In this document: positions 11,603 through 22,040 of the stretch, piece after piece
Layout: each line of letters starts with the position of its first letter
How positions within the stretch are numbered: the stretch's first letter is position 1
DNA from: Candidatus Latescibacterota bacterium
GTDB lineage: Bacteria > Latescibacterota > UBA2968
Assembly (NCBI GenBank): GCA_965116885.1
Contig: OZ220741.1
Coordinates: 192,001-256,000 of the forward strand
Reading direction: 5' to 3'
Length of the DNA stretch: 64,000 bases
Notes under the pieces: generated by a model
Databases searched by the model: none
The model's input: the letters and a program-made list of their open reading frames with translations, nothing else
Told to the model about the DNA's origin: nothing
Position numbers and translations under genes: made by a program

Positions 11603-11627
11603 CATCTCCCCAAACACACATTACCTT
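11599..11627 (+). promoter_or_regulatory. Putative sigma70 promoter of the ABC operon
   Basis: TTGACA-N17-TACCTT. Confidence 0.5.
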
Positions 11628-11652
11628 TCCCCAGCCTCCGTTCCCGTCCCCA

Positions 11653-11716
11653 AGCAGTCAGCGGTCAGCAGTCAGCCCGCCCAACCCCCAGCCCTTTAAT
11701 TTTTAATTCTTAATTC
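11653..11716. repeat. Heptamer repeats (AGCRGTC)x3 and (TTAATTY)x3
   Basis: Read directly from the sequence. Confidence 0.75.
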
Positions 11717-11718
11717 CC

Positions 11719-12693
11719 ATGTCCAACACCCCCGACATCACCGTCCAGAACCTCGGAAAAACTTATGAAGTACCCCAGCGAGAACCCGGATTGGGTGCAG
11801 CCATCAAAAGCCTTATCTCGCGCACCACACGCGACGTCGAAGCCGTCAAAAACATCTCCTTTGACGTTGCCCCAGGCGAAATTGTCGGATTTTTAGGACC
11901 CAATGGCGCAGGCAAAACCACCACCCTCAAAATGCTCTCGGGCTTGCTCCACCCCACAGCCGGCGAAATCTCAGTCATTGGACACACGCCTTATGCGCGC
12001 CACAAAAATTTCCTCAACCGCATCACCCTCGTCATGGGCCAGCGCAACCAGCTCATGTGGGACATTCCCGTAGCCGACTCTTTTGAACGCAACCGCGCAA
12101 TCTATCGCATTTCTCACAGCGAATACAACAAAACCCTCGGCGAACTCAGCGCCTTACTCGACCTGAGCGATTTGCTTTCCAAACCCGTGCGCAATCTCTC
12201 ATTGGGCGAACGCATGAAATGTGAAATCGCCGCAGCCTTGCTCCACCGTCCAAAGATTCTCTTCCTCGACGAACCCACCATTGGCCTCGACGTCACCATG
12301 CAACGCCGCATCCGCGCCTTCCTGGGCGAATACAACCGCCGCCACAGCGCAACCGTATTGCTCACCTCGCATTACATGGCCGATGTCGAAGCCCTGTGCA
12401 AGCGCGTCATTGTCATTCACCACGGCGAACTGCTCTTCGACGGCGATTTGAGCACGCTCATCGAACGCTTTTCACCCCACAAAACCATAGTCGTCGATCT
12501 CGAAACCGAACGCGCCGACCTCTCCTCCTACGGCGAAGTCGTCACCGCCGAAGGCAACAGCGTAACCCTGCGCGTACCCAAAACAAAAACCGCCGATGTC
12601 ACCGGAAAATTGCTCGCCAACTTACCCGTCATTGACCTCACAGTTGAAGACCCTCCCATAGAAGAAGTCATCGAACAGGTATTCTCAAATTGA
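11719..12693 (+). CDS. ABC-2 type transporter ATP-binding protein
   Basis: GPNGAGKT, LSLGERM, LDEPTIGLD. Confidence 0.92.
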   Translation: MSNTPDITVQNLGKTYEVPQREPGLGAAIKSLISRTTRDVEAVKNISFDVAPGEIVGFLGPNGAGKTTTLKMLSGLLHPTAGEISVIGHTPYARHKNFLNRITLVMGQRNQLMWDIPVADSFERNRAIYRISHSEYNKTLGELSALLDLSDLLSKPVRNLSLGERMKCEIAAALLHRPKILFLDEPTIGLDVTMQRRIRAFLGEYNRRHSATVLLTSHYMADVEALCKRVIVIHHGELLFDGDLSTLIERFSPHKTIVVDLETERADLSSYGEVVTAEGNSVTLRVPKTKTADVTGKLLANLPVIDLTVEDPPIEEVIEQVFSN

Positions 12694-13493
12694 AACATTA
12701 TACCGCCATCTACTGGGCCTTTTTCAAGACCTCATTGCTCGAACAATTTCAATATCGCGCCGCCATGGCGATATGGATGATCGGCCGCATTCTCGAACCC
12801 ATCATCTACCTCACCGTATGGACGACAGTCGCCCATGCGCGCGGAGGTAGCGTGGGATCCTATTCACCTGCCGACTTTGCCGCTTATTACATCATCCTCA
12901 TGCTCGTCAACCAATTCACTTTTTCCTGGATCGTGCACATATACGACTTTCGCATTCGCCAGGGCGAACTCTCCAACTTCTTGCTCAAACCCATCCACCC
13001 CATACACGCCGACATTGCCGAAAATATCGCGTACAAAGTCCTGACCGCTGTCATCATTTTTCCCACCGCAATTTTGCTCTTCCTTCTCTTTGACCCCAAT
13101 CTCGTCTTTCACATCCAGACATTCGCCGTCTTTTTACTCGCATTGGGCATAGCGTTCCTCATGCGATTCTTCATCGAATGGACCCTCGCCCTCGTCGCCT
13201 TCTGGACCACGCGCAATGAAGCCATCAATCAAATGTACTTCACACTCGGCCTATTTCTCTCCGGGCGCATCGCACCCATCGACCTGCTGCCGGATGCGAT
13301 CCAGACCCTCGCCGACGCGCTCCCCTTTCGCTGGGCGATTGCATTTCCCGTCGAACTCATGCTCGGTCGCCTTTCGCAAGAACAAATTTGGAACGGATTC
13401 ACCATGCAAGCCGTTTGGCTGCTCGCGGGTTTTCTGTTAATCCAACTCACCTGGCGGTTGGGCGTCAAAAAATACTCGGCAGTTGGATCATAG
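12690..13493 (+). CDS. ABC-2 family permease (DUF990-like)
   Basis: Hydrophobic; QYR and IRQGELSNFLLKP motifs; TTG start overlapping the upstream stop. Confidence 0.85.
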   Translation: MKHYTAIYWAFFKTSLLEQFQYRAAMAIWMIGRILEPIIYLTVWTTVAHARGGSVGSYSPADFAAYYIILMLVNQFTFSWIVHIYDFRIRQGELSNFLLKPIHPIHADIAENIAYKVLTAVIIFPTAILLFLLFDPNLVFHIQTFAVFLLALGIAFLMRFFIEWTLALVAFWTTRNEAINQMYFTLGLFLSGRIAPIDLLPDAIQTLADALPFRWAIAFPVELMLGRLSQEQIWNGFTMQAVWLLAGFLLIQLTWRLGVKKYSAVGS

Positions 13494-13504
13494 GCACTTC
13501 ACCC

Positions 13505-14290
13505 ATGTACTACTTAAAACTAATATGGACCTTCTTCCGCATTGGCATCCTCAACGAAATGGCCTATCGCGTGAACTTCTACGTCCAACTCCTGCAATCC
13601 ATTCTCAGCCTGGGCACAGCCATCGCGGGTCTGGCAATCGTATTTTCACACACCGATACCCTCGGCGGATGGCAGGCCGTTGATATCCTCGCACTACTCG
13701 GCGTATTTATGTTCGTAGGCGGCGTGATCGGCATGGTCATAAATCCCAGCATGAGCCAGCTCATGGACGATGTGCTACGCGGCCTATTCGACTACACCCT
13801 CATCAAACCGTGCGACGCGCAATTCCTCGCCAGCATCTCGCAAATCCGCTTATGGCGGCTCACCGATATTCTACTCGGCGCGGGCGTGCTCATTGCCGCG
13901 CTGATCTATCGGGGCCTCGATATTGGACCGCGTGAAGCCCTCGCCTTCGCCTTTGTTCTCTGTACCGGGGGCAGCATCATCTACAGCTTCTGGCTCATAC
14001 TCGCCACCCTCACCTTCTGGTTCTTGCGCATCGAAAACATCCTCCACATCTTCCAGAGCATGTACGAAGCCGGCCGCTGGCCCATTGGCATCTACCCCCA
14101 CTGGCTGCGCTATATCCTCACATTCCTCGTACCCGTGGCATTTGCCATCACAGTACCTGCCGAAGCACTCTCGGGGCGCCTGACACCCGAAAGCATGATC
14201 ACATCTGGCCTGCTGTGTGCCTTTCTCATCGCATTCTCGCGCTGGTTTTGGAAACGCGGCCTTAAAAATTACTCCGGCGCATCGGCATAA
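13505..14290 (+). CDS. ABC-2 family permease (DUF990-like)
   Basis: AYRVNF, GWQ, GLFDYTLIKP and terminal YSGAS. Start set at ATG 13505. Confidence 0.85.
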   Translation: MYYLKLIWTFFRIGILNEMAYRVNFYVQLLQSILSLGTAIAGLAIVFSHTDTLGGWQAVDILALLGVFMFVGGVIGMVINPSMSQLMDDVLRGLFDYTLIKPCDAQFLASISQIRLWRLTDILLGAGVLIAALIYRGLDIGPREALAFAFVLCTGGSIIYSFWLILATLTFWFLRIENILHIFQSMYEAGRWPIGIYPHWLRYILTFLVPVAFAITVPAEALSGRLTPESMITSGLLCAFLIAFSRWFWKRGLKNYSGASA

Positions 14291-14374
14291 TAGTCATCCG
14301 TTTGACTTTCCAGATTCTATCGGCTATTTTACCCCTGCTTTCAACACCAGACAATACACATAAGGAGTTTCACA

Positions 14375-16033
14375 ATGGCCTACCAACTTCCCGAACTCGC
14401 CGAACCCGAAGCACCTAAAAAGAACGAAGTCGTACTCATTGCCAATGGCGACCTGCGCTTATCTGCCAACCAGATGTGCTGGCCCGCACAAGAGGCAATG
14501 GAAAAAACCATCATAGCCGCAATCCAACGCGAAGGATGGAAAGTCCGCCGCGGACACCCCTACAAACAAGACGAGGAACACGGCTTTATCGGATCGCAAA
14601 AAGAGGGCATGGCCGTCTTCAAAAATATCCATCCCGACGCCCCCCTCATCGTAGCCGAGGCCGTCTGGCAATACAGCCACCACGTGCTTCACGGCCTGAT
14701 CTCACACCGCGGCCCCATCCTCACCCTTGCCAACTGGTCTGGGCAGTGGCCCGGCCTCGTCGGCATGCTCAATCTCAACGGCTCCCTCACCAAAGCCGGG
14801 GTTGAATACAGCACCCTGTGGAGCCTGGACTTTACCGACGACTTCTTCAAACGCGGCCTGCGCGAATGGCTCACCAGCGGCAGCGTCACCCACGACACCT
14901 CCCATGTACGCGACGCCAACACCTTCCGCCTGCCCGAAGTCGAAGCGCAACTCGGACAGGCACTCGCCGAACAACTCCAGCGCGAAAAAGCCATCATGGG
15001 CGTCTTTGACGAAGGCTGCATGGGCATGTTCAACGCCATCATCCCCGACCACTTGCTCAATCCCACAGGCGTCTTCAAAGAACGCCTCTCACAATCTGCG
15101 CTCTGGGCAGAAATGCAAACCGTCACAGATGCAGAAGCAAGTGCTGTTCGCACCTGGCTCGAAGGCAAGGGCCTCACCTTTGTCACCGGTACAAATGCCA
15201 CGGATGAACTCACCGACGATCAGATCGCAATGCAATGCAAAATGTACATTGCCGCCGTACGCATAGCCGATGATTTTGGTTGCGCCACCATTGGCATTCA
15301 ATACCAACAGGGCCTCAAAGACCTGTGCCCGGCATCTGATCTGGTCGAAGGCATTCTCAACAACGCAGATCGTCCCCCGGTCAAAGCGCGCGCCAATGGT
15401 CAGGTCCTCTACGAAGGCGAGGCACTCCCGCATTTCAACGAAGTCGATGAATGCGCTGGCCTCGACGGCCTGATCACCAACCGCATCTGGAAAGCACTGG
15501 GGCAGCCACCCGAAAACACCTTGCACGACCTGCGCTGGGGCGAACACTATCGGGGAAATGGCATCGACGACTACGTATGGGTCTTTCTCATCTCTGGTGG
15601 CGCACCGCCCGCACACTATATCGACGGGTACAAAGGCACCTCTTCCGAACGCCAGCCCAGCATGTATTTCCCTCTCGGCGGCGGCACCTGCAAAGGCGTG
15701 AGCAAACCCGGCGAAATCGTCTGGAGCCGCATCTTCGTCCAAAATGACGAACTGCACATGGACATTGGCCGCGGTGGTGTCGTCGAACTCCCACAAATAG
15801 AAACCGACCACCGCTGGCGTGCCACCACCCCGCAGTGGCCCATTATGCACGCCGTCACCTACGGCATCTCCCGCGACCAGATGATGGCCCGCCACAAAGC
15901 CAACCACATCCAGGTCGTTTATGCCGAATCTGCACAGGCCGCCAACAACGCGCTGGCCGTAAAAATTGCCATGATGCAAGCATTGGGCGTCAAAGTTCAT
16001 CTGTGTGGCACAAATAACGGATTGGTGGATTAA
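14375..16033 (+). CDS. L-fucose isomerase-like sugar isomerase
   Basis: [30 protein letters not shown] and NHIQV motifs. TAAGGAG RBS; TTGACT-N17-TATTTT at 14302..14330. Confidence 0.75.
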   Translation: MAYQLPELAEPEAPKKNEVVLIANGDLRLSANQMCWPAQEAMEKTIIAAIQREGWKVRRGHPYKQDEEHGFIGSQKEGMAVFKNIHPDAPLIVAEAVWQYSHHVLHGLISHRGPILTLANWSGQWPGLVGMLNLNGSLTKAGVEYSTLWSLDFTDDFFKRGLREWLTSGSVTHDTSHVRDANTFRLPEVEAQLGQALAEQLQREKAIMGVFDEGCMGMFNAIIPDHLLNPTGVFKERLSQSALWAEMQTVTDAEASAVRTWLEGKGLTFVTGTNATDELTDDQIAMQCKMYIAAVRIADDFGCATIGIQYQQGLKDLCPASDLVEGILNNADRPPVKARANGQVLYEGEALPHFNEVDECAGLDGLITNRIWKALGQPPENTLHDLRWGEHYRGNGIDDYVWVFLISGGAPPAHYIDGYKGTSSERQPSMYFPLGGGTCKGVSKPGEIVWSRIFVQNDELHMDIGRGGVVELPQIETDHRWRATTPQWPIMHAVTYGISRDQMMARHKANHIQVVYAESAQAANNALAVKIAMMQALGVKVHLCGTNNGLVD

Positions 16034-16034
16034 C

Positions 16035-17045
16035 ATGGACCGTGTTCGTATTGGCGTTATCGGCGTGGGCAATATCGCCCGCAACTACCATTTACCCCCT
16101 GTACACGCACTTCCAAATGCCGAACTCGTCGCCGTTGCAGACCTCGACGAATCGCTCAGATTAAGAGCACAGAAACAGTTCGGCTTTCGCGATGCGTACA
16201 CCGATTACCGTCGCATTTTAGACCGCGACGACATTCACGCCATCCTGCTCCTCACCCGCGTGAATACACGCACCGAAATCATTCCCGCAGCCCTCGAAGC
16301 GGGCAAACACGTCTTCACGCAAAAGCCCTTTGCACTGACAAATGAAGACGCCGAGTTTCTCGCCCAGGCAGCCAAACGCACGGGCAATCGCCTCGTCTGC
16401 AGCTTCATGCATCGCTACTTTCCGCATACCCAGGGCGCGCGCCAAATCTTGAAAGAGGGCAAAATCGGCCGCCTCGAAATGGTGCGCCATCGCAACTGCA
16501 TCGGCAGCCACTACGACAACGCCGTCCGCTTGTGGGGCGGCGTCCTCGACATCGGTACACACGGCATAGACGTCATCCGGTATCTCACCGAACAAGACGT
16601 CGTCAAAGTACAGGCCATGATGGACCCGTATCTCACCAATGCAAACCTGCCGATAGACCCCACCATCAACCGCCCCAATGAAACCGTAGCCATCATGAAT
16701 TTCGAAATGTCTGGCGGTACCCTCGTCACCTTTGAAATGCACTGGACCCAACGCGGTGGCGCAGGAGCCTATTACGCCGAACACTACGGCGATGGCGGCT
16801 CGATGTTCATCAAACATCCCATTGCGCCCGCAACCCTCGTTTACACCCAGGGCCACAAAGGCGACTGGATCCAACCCGACCTCGAACAACACCCCAAAGG
16901 CCACCTGCACCACAAAATCTTCATAGACGACATCCTCAACAACACCTGTGAAAGTGCCACCCCCGAAGACGCCGTGGCCACCGTAAAAATTATCAACGCT
17001 GCTTACGAAGCGGCACAAACTGGAAAAACAATCACCGTAGGCTAA
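16035..17045 (+). CDS. Gfo/Idh/MocA family oxidoreductase
   Basis: IGVIGVG, AGKHVFTQKP and DIGTHGID motifs. Confidence 0.9.
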   Translation: MDRVRIGVIGVGNIARNYHLPPVHALPNAELVAVADLDESLRLRAQKQFGFRDAYTDYRRILDRDDIHAILLLTRVNTRTEIIPAALEAGKHVFTQKPFALTNEDAEFLAQAAKRTGNRLVCSFMHRYFPHTQGARQILKEGKIGRLEMVRHRNCIGSHYDNAVRLWGGVLDIGTHGIDVIRYLTEQDVVKVQAMMDPYLTNANLPIDPTINRPNETVAIMNFEMSGGTLVTFEMHWTQRGGAGAYYAEHYGDGGSMFIKHPIAPATLVYTQGHKGDWIQPDLEQHPKGHLHHKIFIDDILNNTCESATPEDAVATVKIINAAYEAAQTGKTITVG

Positions 17046-17062
17046 AAAAAGGACACCTTGCT

Positions 17063-18007
17063 ATGAAAATCGCGCTCGTCATCCGCCCGTTCACCGATGA
17101 AAACCTTCAGACCGCGCTTCAAATGGGCGTGGAAGATGTCGTAACGGTCTTACCCAATGCGGGTCCCATCTGGGATTATCTCGCCATCTTGCGCCACAAA
17201 AAACGCATAGAAGACCAGGGCTTGCGCTGGTCTGTGGTCGAATCTGTTCCCATCTCGGACAACATCAAACTGGGCCTTGAAGGCCGCGACCGTGAAATCG
17301 ACAACTACTGCCAGACCATTCGCAACCTCGGCGCAGCGGGCATTCCCGTAATGTGCTACAACTGGATGACCATCTTTGGCTGGATGCGCACCTCAATGAC
17401 CACCCGCACGCGCGGCAATGCCCTCGTCAGCACCTACGACCACACCGACATGGAAGACGCGCCCCCCATCACCGACTACGGCGACATCACCGAAGAACGC
17501 CTCTGGGAAAACCTCGAATACTTCCTCAAAAGAGTGATTCCCGTTGCCGAAGAAGCCGGCGTCAAACAGGGCCTGCACCCCGACGACCCCCCACTCTCGC
17601 CCATTCGCGGCGTTGCCCGCATCATCACCAACCCCGAAGCATACAATCGCGTCCTCTCTTTTATCCCCAGCGAATACAATGGCATCACCTATTGCCAGGG
17701 CAACTTCAAAGCCATGGGTGCCGATATCCCAGCCACCATACACCACTTCAAAGACCACATCCACTTCGCCCACTTCCGCGATCTCCACGGCCAGGTCCCC
17801 ACCTTCTCCGAATCCTTTCACGACGACGGCGACACCGACATGGCAGAGGCCATTCGCGCGTACAAAGCAATCGGGTTTACGGGCGTCATTCGCCCCGACC
17901 ACACGCCCACATTTGCGATAGACGAGGAGGATATAGGCGGCTATAATTTCCTCGGACGGCTCTATGCGGTCGGGTACATGCGTGGTCTCATACATGGAAC
18001 AGACTAA
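17063..18007 (+). CDS. uxuA: Mannonate dehydratase
   Basis: CYNWM, LHPDDPP, HFAHFRD, RPDH and AVGYMRGL motifs. Confidence 0.9.
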   Translation: MKIALVIRPFTDENLQTALQMGVEDVVTVLPNAGPIWDYLAILRHKKRIEDQGLRWSVVESVPISDNIKLGLEGRDREIDNYCQTIRNLGAAGIPVMCYNWMTIFGWMRTSMTTRTRGNALVSTYDHTDMEDAPPITDYGDITEERLWENLEYFLKRVIPVAEEAGVKQGLHPDDPPLSPIRGVARIITNPEAYNRVLSFIPSEYNGITYCQGNFKAMGADIPATIHHFKDHIHFAHFRDLHGQVPTFSESFHDDGDTDMAEAIRAYKAIGFTGVIRPDHTPTFAIDEEDIGGYNFLGRLYAVGYMRGLIHGTD

Positions 18008-18026
18008 GAATCATAAAATCTGAAAC

Positions 18027-18064
18027 AAAAAAAGGGCTGCGATCTTACGACCGCAGCCCTTTGT
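18027..18064. terminator. Bidirectional intrinsic terminator between convergent uxuA and porV
   Basis: Stem AAAGGGCTGCG / CGCAGCCCTTT with A and T tracts. Confidence 0.8.
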
Positions 18065-18086
18065 GTAGCTAATGGAAAAGCTTCAC

Positions 18087-19103
18087 TTAGAAGCCAACGC
18101 CAACAGAAACGCGAATGGGATATTCATCAAGCGCCTCAGCCCTTGAATACGATACATCCACACCCACACTCTGATCGCCTAACTTCTGACGCAAGCCTGC
18201 ACCCACTGTCCAAGACTCGGAATCATAACCGATCTTATAGCCACCACGCAACGCCAGCATGTTCTGTACCCATGCTTCCGCGCCAAAGTGATAACGGTTA
18301 ATCGAGTCTGTGAAGAACATCTGTTCTACTGCCACTGTCACGGACAGCGGATCGCCCAGATTCCCATAGACTTCAGCAGCACCCGACAGGTTGAACACCA
18401 TCGGGAAACGCGCCTTCTGACCAATCACGTCCTGGTCGCCGCCCAGGTTGCGCATCGACATACCAAGACGCGTCGAATGGAATCCCGTGTAAAAGAGCGT
18501 TCCAAAATCTATGTCATAAGACGAATACGACTGCAAATCCAGGTCTTCCTGAACCCAGCGAAGATTACCACCCACACTCAACTTATCCGTCACCTGCTTG
18601 GCAATGGTCAACCCAACAGCCATGTCGCCTGCGGTGGCCATACGTCCCGTGCCGCCGGGTTGAGATGAGGTCGTCTCTTCAAATTCATCCGTGGTAAAAT
18701 ACGCAAAGTTGACGGCAAAGGTCGCCACATTCGTCTTGGCACCAATGGCAAACGTCCCCATTGAAGACCCCACAATCCACTTCAGATAAGATGCTGTCAG
18801 CGCGTAGCGCTCTATCTGCGTTGCTCCTGCAGGGTTGTAAAAGACCGCCGACAGATCATTGCCAACAGACGAATACGCATCGCCCATACCTGCTGAGCGC
18901 GCATTGCCCGTCAGCTTCAAAAATCCATAAGACGTCGTCGTAACACGAGCATACTTAATCAGATCTGTTTCCGGGGGGACGCGCGTCCTATCCACGGGAA
19001 AAGGTCCTAATGAATCCTGAGTCGGCCGCTCTTCCTGAGCCTGTGCATACATCGGCAGGGCAAGCGCAACAGCCAGACCGAAGAGCAGTGCTTTCTTAAA
19101 CAT
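18087..19103 (-). CDS. PorV/PorQ family outer-membrane protein
   Basis: FLKL..NARSAGMGDA, FYNPAG, ALRGGY motifs; terminal Phe; signal peptide. Confidence 0.85.
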   Translation of the reverse strand: MFKKALLFGLAVALALPMYAQAQEERPTQDSLGPFPVDRTRVPPETDLIKYARVTTTSYGFLKLTGNARSAGMGDAYSSVGNDLSAVFYNPAGATQIERYALTASYLKWIVGSSMGTFAIGAKTNVATFAVNFAYFTTDEFEETTSSQPGGTGRMATAGDMAVGLTIAKQVTDKLSVGGNLRWVQEDLDLQSYSSYDIDFGTLFYTGFHSTRLGMSMRNLGGDQDVIGQKARFPMVFNLSGAAEVYGNLGDPLSVTVAVEQMFFTDSINRYHFGAEAWVQNMLALRGGYKIGYDSESWTVGAGLRQKLGDQSVGVDVSYSRAEALDEYPIRVSVGVGF

Positions 19104-19139
19104 TGTCTTTCTCCTTTTTTATGTCTGACGCTTCGCGCC

Positions 19140-21797
19140 TTACTTGATGATCACGAATGTGCCGGTCTGCGTTTTGCCTTCTGATCCCGGCATCAGAGAG
19201 GTGACTTTCCAGAAGTAAATACCCGGGAACATCGCCTCACCAAAGTTGGAGGGACGATTCTCCGCAAGCTGGATATACGTCACTTCGCCCTTCAGAGGAT
19301 CCTGATTGTAGAAGGTCCAGATCCGCTGACCCGTCACATCGTAAAGGTCGATCTGACAGCGACCTGGCAGATTCGTAAACCGCATATTCTGCTGGCGGTT
19401 ATACGTATGCAAATCGCTATCTACCTTGAACGGATTGGGTACCACGCGAACCTGCTCTTCGAGGCGATCAAACACCGCTGCACCAGGAACAACGGGAACA
19501 ATACCCGAGCGAGAACCATACACAGAACCCAGAGAGGTGCTCTGCGAGGCTTCAAGGACATCGACGCTGCTCACGCCATTCCAATCACCGTGACCAGAGT
19601 CATACATACGCACACTATACCAGTTGGGAAAACCAGCATTGGTACCCTGATCGTCAAACAGATATGTGCCGGGAATCTCAGGACCAGCAGCGGGATTGAG
19701 ACCACCGTGCACACCAGCATCAACGTACTGATTCGTCAGCAGCGGAATACCCGTTGGCCAGGAGCCGCTCTTCACCGTTGTCCACGTACGAGAAGGATCA
19801 TACGAAACACCCGTGGGCAAATTGCCCGCACGCGCATCCTCGAATGAAAACTCCGTCACATACTCCCACTCGCCCTGATACTCCACATTGGAGCGATAGA
19901 TGCGATACCCGCGCAAATCCTGTGCCCCGGCGCCAGAATAATCTGGATCCATTGCCTCTTCGCCAAAGACACTCCACCGAATCTGCGTCTTACCCTGAAG
20001 GTTGGAATCCCACGCCACCTTGGTATTCGGCGGCTGATTGGGAAGATCATAACCCCAGTTATACCACTGAATCGCATTCTCAAAGTGATCGAACAGCACA
20101 TCTTCACCAAGGGGAATCTCGGGCTGGCGATCTGCCAATTCCGTAGGCTCAGATCCCCTGCCACCGTAGTGGTTCATCCACCCCATGTTAAAGGGCATGG
20201 CATACTTCTTGTAATCGTCATACTTGGCATGATCTGCTGCCAATCCCGCCACATAGGCGACCACCACTTTGGCCTTCTCACCTGGTGCCAGCGTGTAAGG
20301 TCCATAAGATACCAGCGTGCTGTAATGCCCAGGCGTTTCATTTTCAGCAGTATAGCCGCCATTGGCAACCGCGTCGTAAATCTGAGCATCGCCCGCACGG
20401 TCTGGCGAGGGATAGTCAAAATCATTCTTACCGCGATAGCCGTGGAAAAGCACCGAAGCGGGCTGTTGCATGCTCTCATCGTGCCCTGTGGCTGGATTGT
20501 CGTGGGGTGCCACATACATCGCATCATCCACGCCGCCATAGCGCATAAACGGCGGGAAGGCATCCACAGTGCCCAGACCAAAATACTGACCGTGCTGAAT
20601 CATCCCTTCGCGCACCCACGTCTGTTCGCGGGTATAGCGCTCACGGGCAATGGCGTAGCGATAGGGATCGCCCAGATCATTGATCAAATTGGAAATGTGA
20701 TCGGAGTCCCCATCGTGGTAATACGTCATAAAATGACCGTCATTGGCAAGATCAACACCGCGCTGCAAACCAGCAGATCTGCCAAGCGCAGAGGTGTAAT
20801 CCCCACGGCTGACGCCGTTGAGGTAATTGGGTGCCAATGTATTGCGATAATAATCATCGCGCGTGTAATCGCGCGGACGATTCCAAGAGGTTGACCGCCA
20901 GCCCGATGCCTGACCCGCGTGGAAGCGGTTGGCAAAGGTGATATACACACCTTCAGCCGTCGAACCCGAATTGTTCACCACTTCGTTGTCAACGACAAAA
21001 TACTCATCGTGATCGGGATGTGCCGTGGAAAACCACTTGCGCGTCCACTCCAGACCCGTGGCAGAAGAACCGCCTTCTTGAATACCAATCAACTCGGGAA
21101 AATCATCTTCAGACAGAGATTCCACCCACGAAGGCGCACTGTACTGTGGCAATTCTCCAGAACCAATGCGATTGGCAAAAGGCTCATTGCTGTTGTAGCG
21201 ACCAAAACGGAAGTTCCAGACCACAACAGCGATATTCGTTCCAGGACCTGGACTGTCTATGCCGTGGGCTTTGGGCCACCAGTTGGTCTTGCGGTCATGA
21301 ACTGTTGACCCCGCGATATTGGGTGCGTCCGCACCACTATCTCTGCGAATCGCCATTGCCCAACTCCCATCTTCTACAACGCCTACATAGGCTTCGGGCA
21401 TCTGCGTCATATCGTGGGGGCGACCAATCAGGTCTGAAGACGTAATACGCGGACCTGCATACGTACCTTGGGGGCTACCACCCGTATTGGAAAGCACCCA
21501 GAAGCCTTCACCACCTGTATTTGACTTGGCATTCCAGCCTTCGCGCTCAGAACCGCCCGAATACACCTTGATATTGCGGCCCTGAGGATACGAAAACGAA
21601 GACTGTGCTAACTTTGTCTCGTTATCTTTCTTTCCCGTCATGCCCGGATTGTGGAGCGTGTGACCGATTTGACCCCGGGACATCGAGATTCTGGCATTGC
21701 CGGGCCATTGAGCCTGAGCCTGTGTGACCAGACCCGCCAGGCACATGCCAACTCCGGCGAAAAATCCGGAAGCGTAAAACCAGAGCTTTTTGGACAT
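19140..21797 (-). CDS. Large secreted protein with an FnIII-like segment and a T9SS-CTD-like C-terminal domain
   Basis: Signal peptide; GYRIYRS; C-terminal VRVVPNPF..FTNLP...IDLYDVTG...PGIYFWKV...FVIIK. Confidence 0.7.
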   Translation of the reverse strand: MSKKLWFYASGFFAGVGMCLAGLVTQAQAQWPGNARISMSRGQIGHTLHNPGMTGKKDNETKLAQSSFSYPQGRNIKVYSGGSEREGWNAKSNTGGEGFWVLSNTGGSPQGTYAGPRITSSDLIGRPHDMTQMPEAYVGVVEDGSWAMAIRRDSGADAPNIAGSTVHDRKTNWWPKAHGIDSPGPGTNIAVVVWNFRFGRYNSNEPFANRIGSGELPQYSAPSWVESLSEDDFPELIGIQEGGSSATGLEWTRKWFSTAHPDHDEYFVVDNEVVNNSGSTAEGVYITFANRFHAGQASGWRSTSWNRPRDYTRDDYYRNTLAPNYLNGVSRGDYTSALGRSAGLQRGVDLANDGHFMTYYHDGDSDHISNLINDLGDPYRYAIARERYTREQTWVREGMIQHGQYFGLGTVDAFPPFMRYGGVDDAMYVAPHDNPATGHDESMQQPASVLFHGYRGKNDFDYPSPDRAGDAQIYDAVANGGYTAENETPGHYSTLVSYGPYTLAPGEKAKVVVAYVAGLAADHAKYDDYKKYAMPFNMGWMNHYGGRGSEPTELADRQPEIPLGEDVLFDHFENAIQWYNWGYDLPNQPPNTKVAWDSNLQGKTQIRWSVFGEEAMDPDYSGAGAQDLRGYRIYRSNVEYQGEWEYVTEFSFEDARAGNLPTGVSYDPSRTWTTVKSGSWPTGIPLLTNQYVDAGVHGGLNPAAGPEIPGTYLFDDQGTNAGFPNWYSVRMYDSGHGDWNGVSSVDVLEASQSTSLGSVYGSRSGIVPVVPGAAVFDRLEEQVRVVPNPFKVDSDLHTYNRQQNMRFTNLPGRCQIDLYDVTGQRIWTFYNQDPLKGEVTYIQLAENRPSNFGEAMFPGIYFWKVTSLMPGSEGKTQTGTFVIIK

Positions 21798-21805
21798 GGA
21801 TACTG

Positions 21806-21946
21806 CTCCTCTATAGGAGTGATTGATGACATCTTTACTACTTGCGATCTACTGCGTTACCCCGGCGACTTCAAGCGAAAATATTGACCATCCCTCCTCT
21901 CTGCGTGAAGTCGGCAGTGTGCAGGCGCCCCTGCACACCACTTCAA
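21806..21946 (-). promoter_or_regulatory. Structured intergenic leader with alternative pairings and an SD-masking hairpin
   Basis: GTGTGCAGG-GGCG-CCTGCACAC hairpin; CGACTTCA complementary to both TGAAGT(G) and TGAAGTCG; CTCCT-ATAG-AGGAG over the RBS. Confidence 0.35.
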
Positions 21947-22040
21947 AACCCTTTTAATCTACATTATATTATAAACTAACCTTTGGAACCAGAAGTTCCC
22001 TTTTTTTAGAAGGGCGCGGTTTTGCGCGCCCTTCCGCAAT

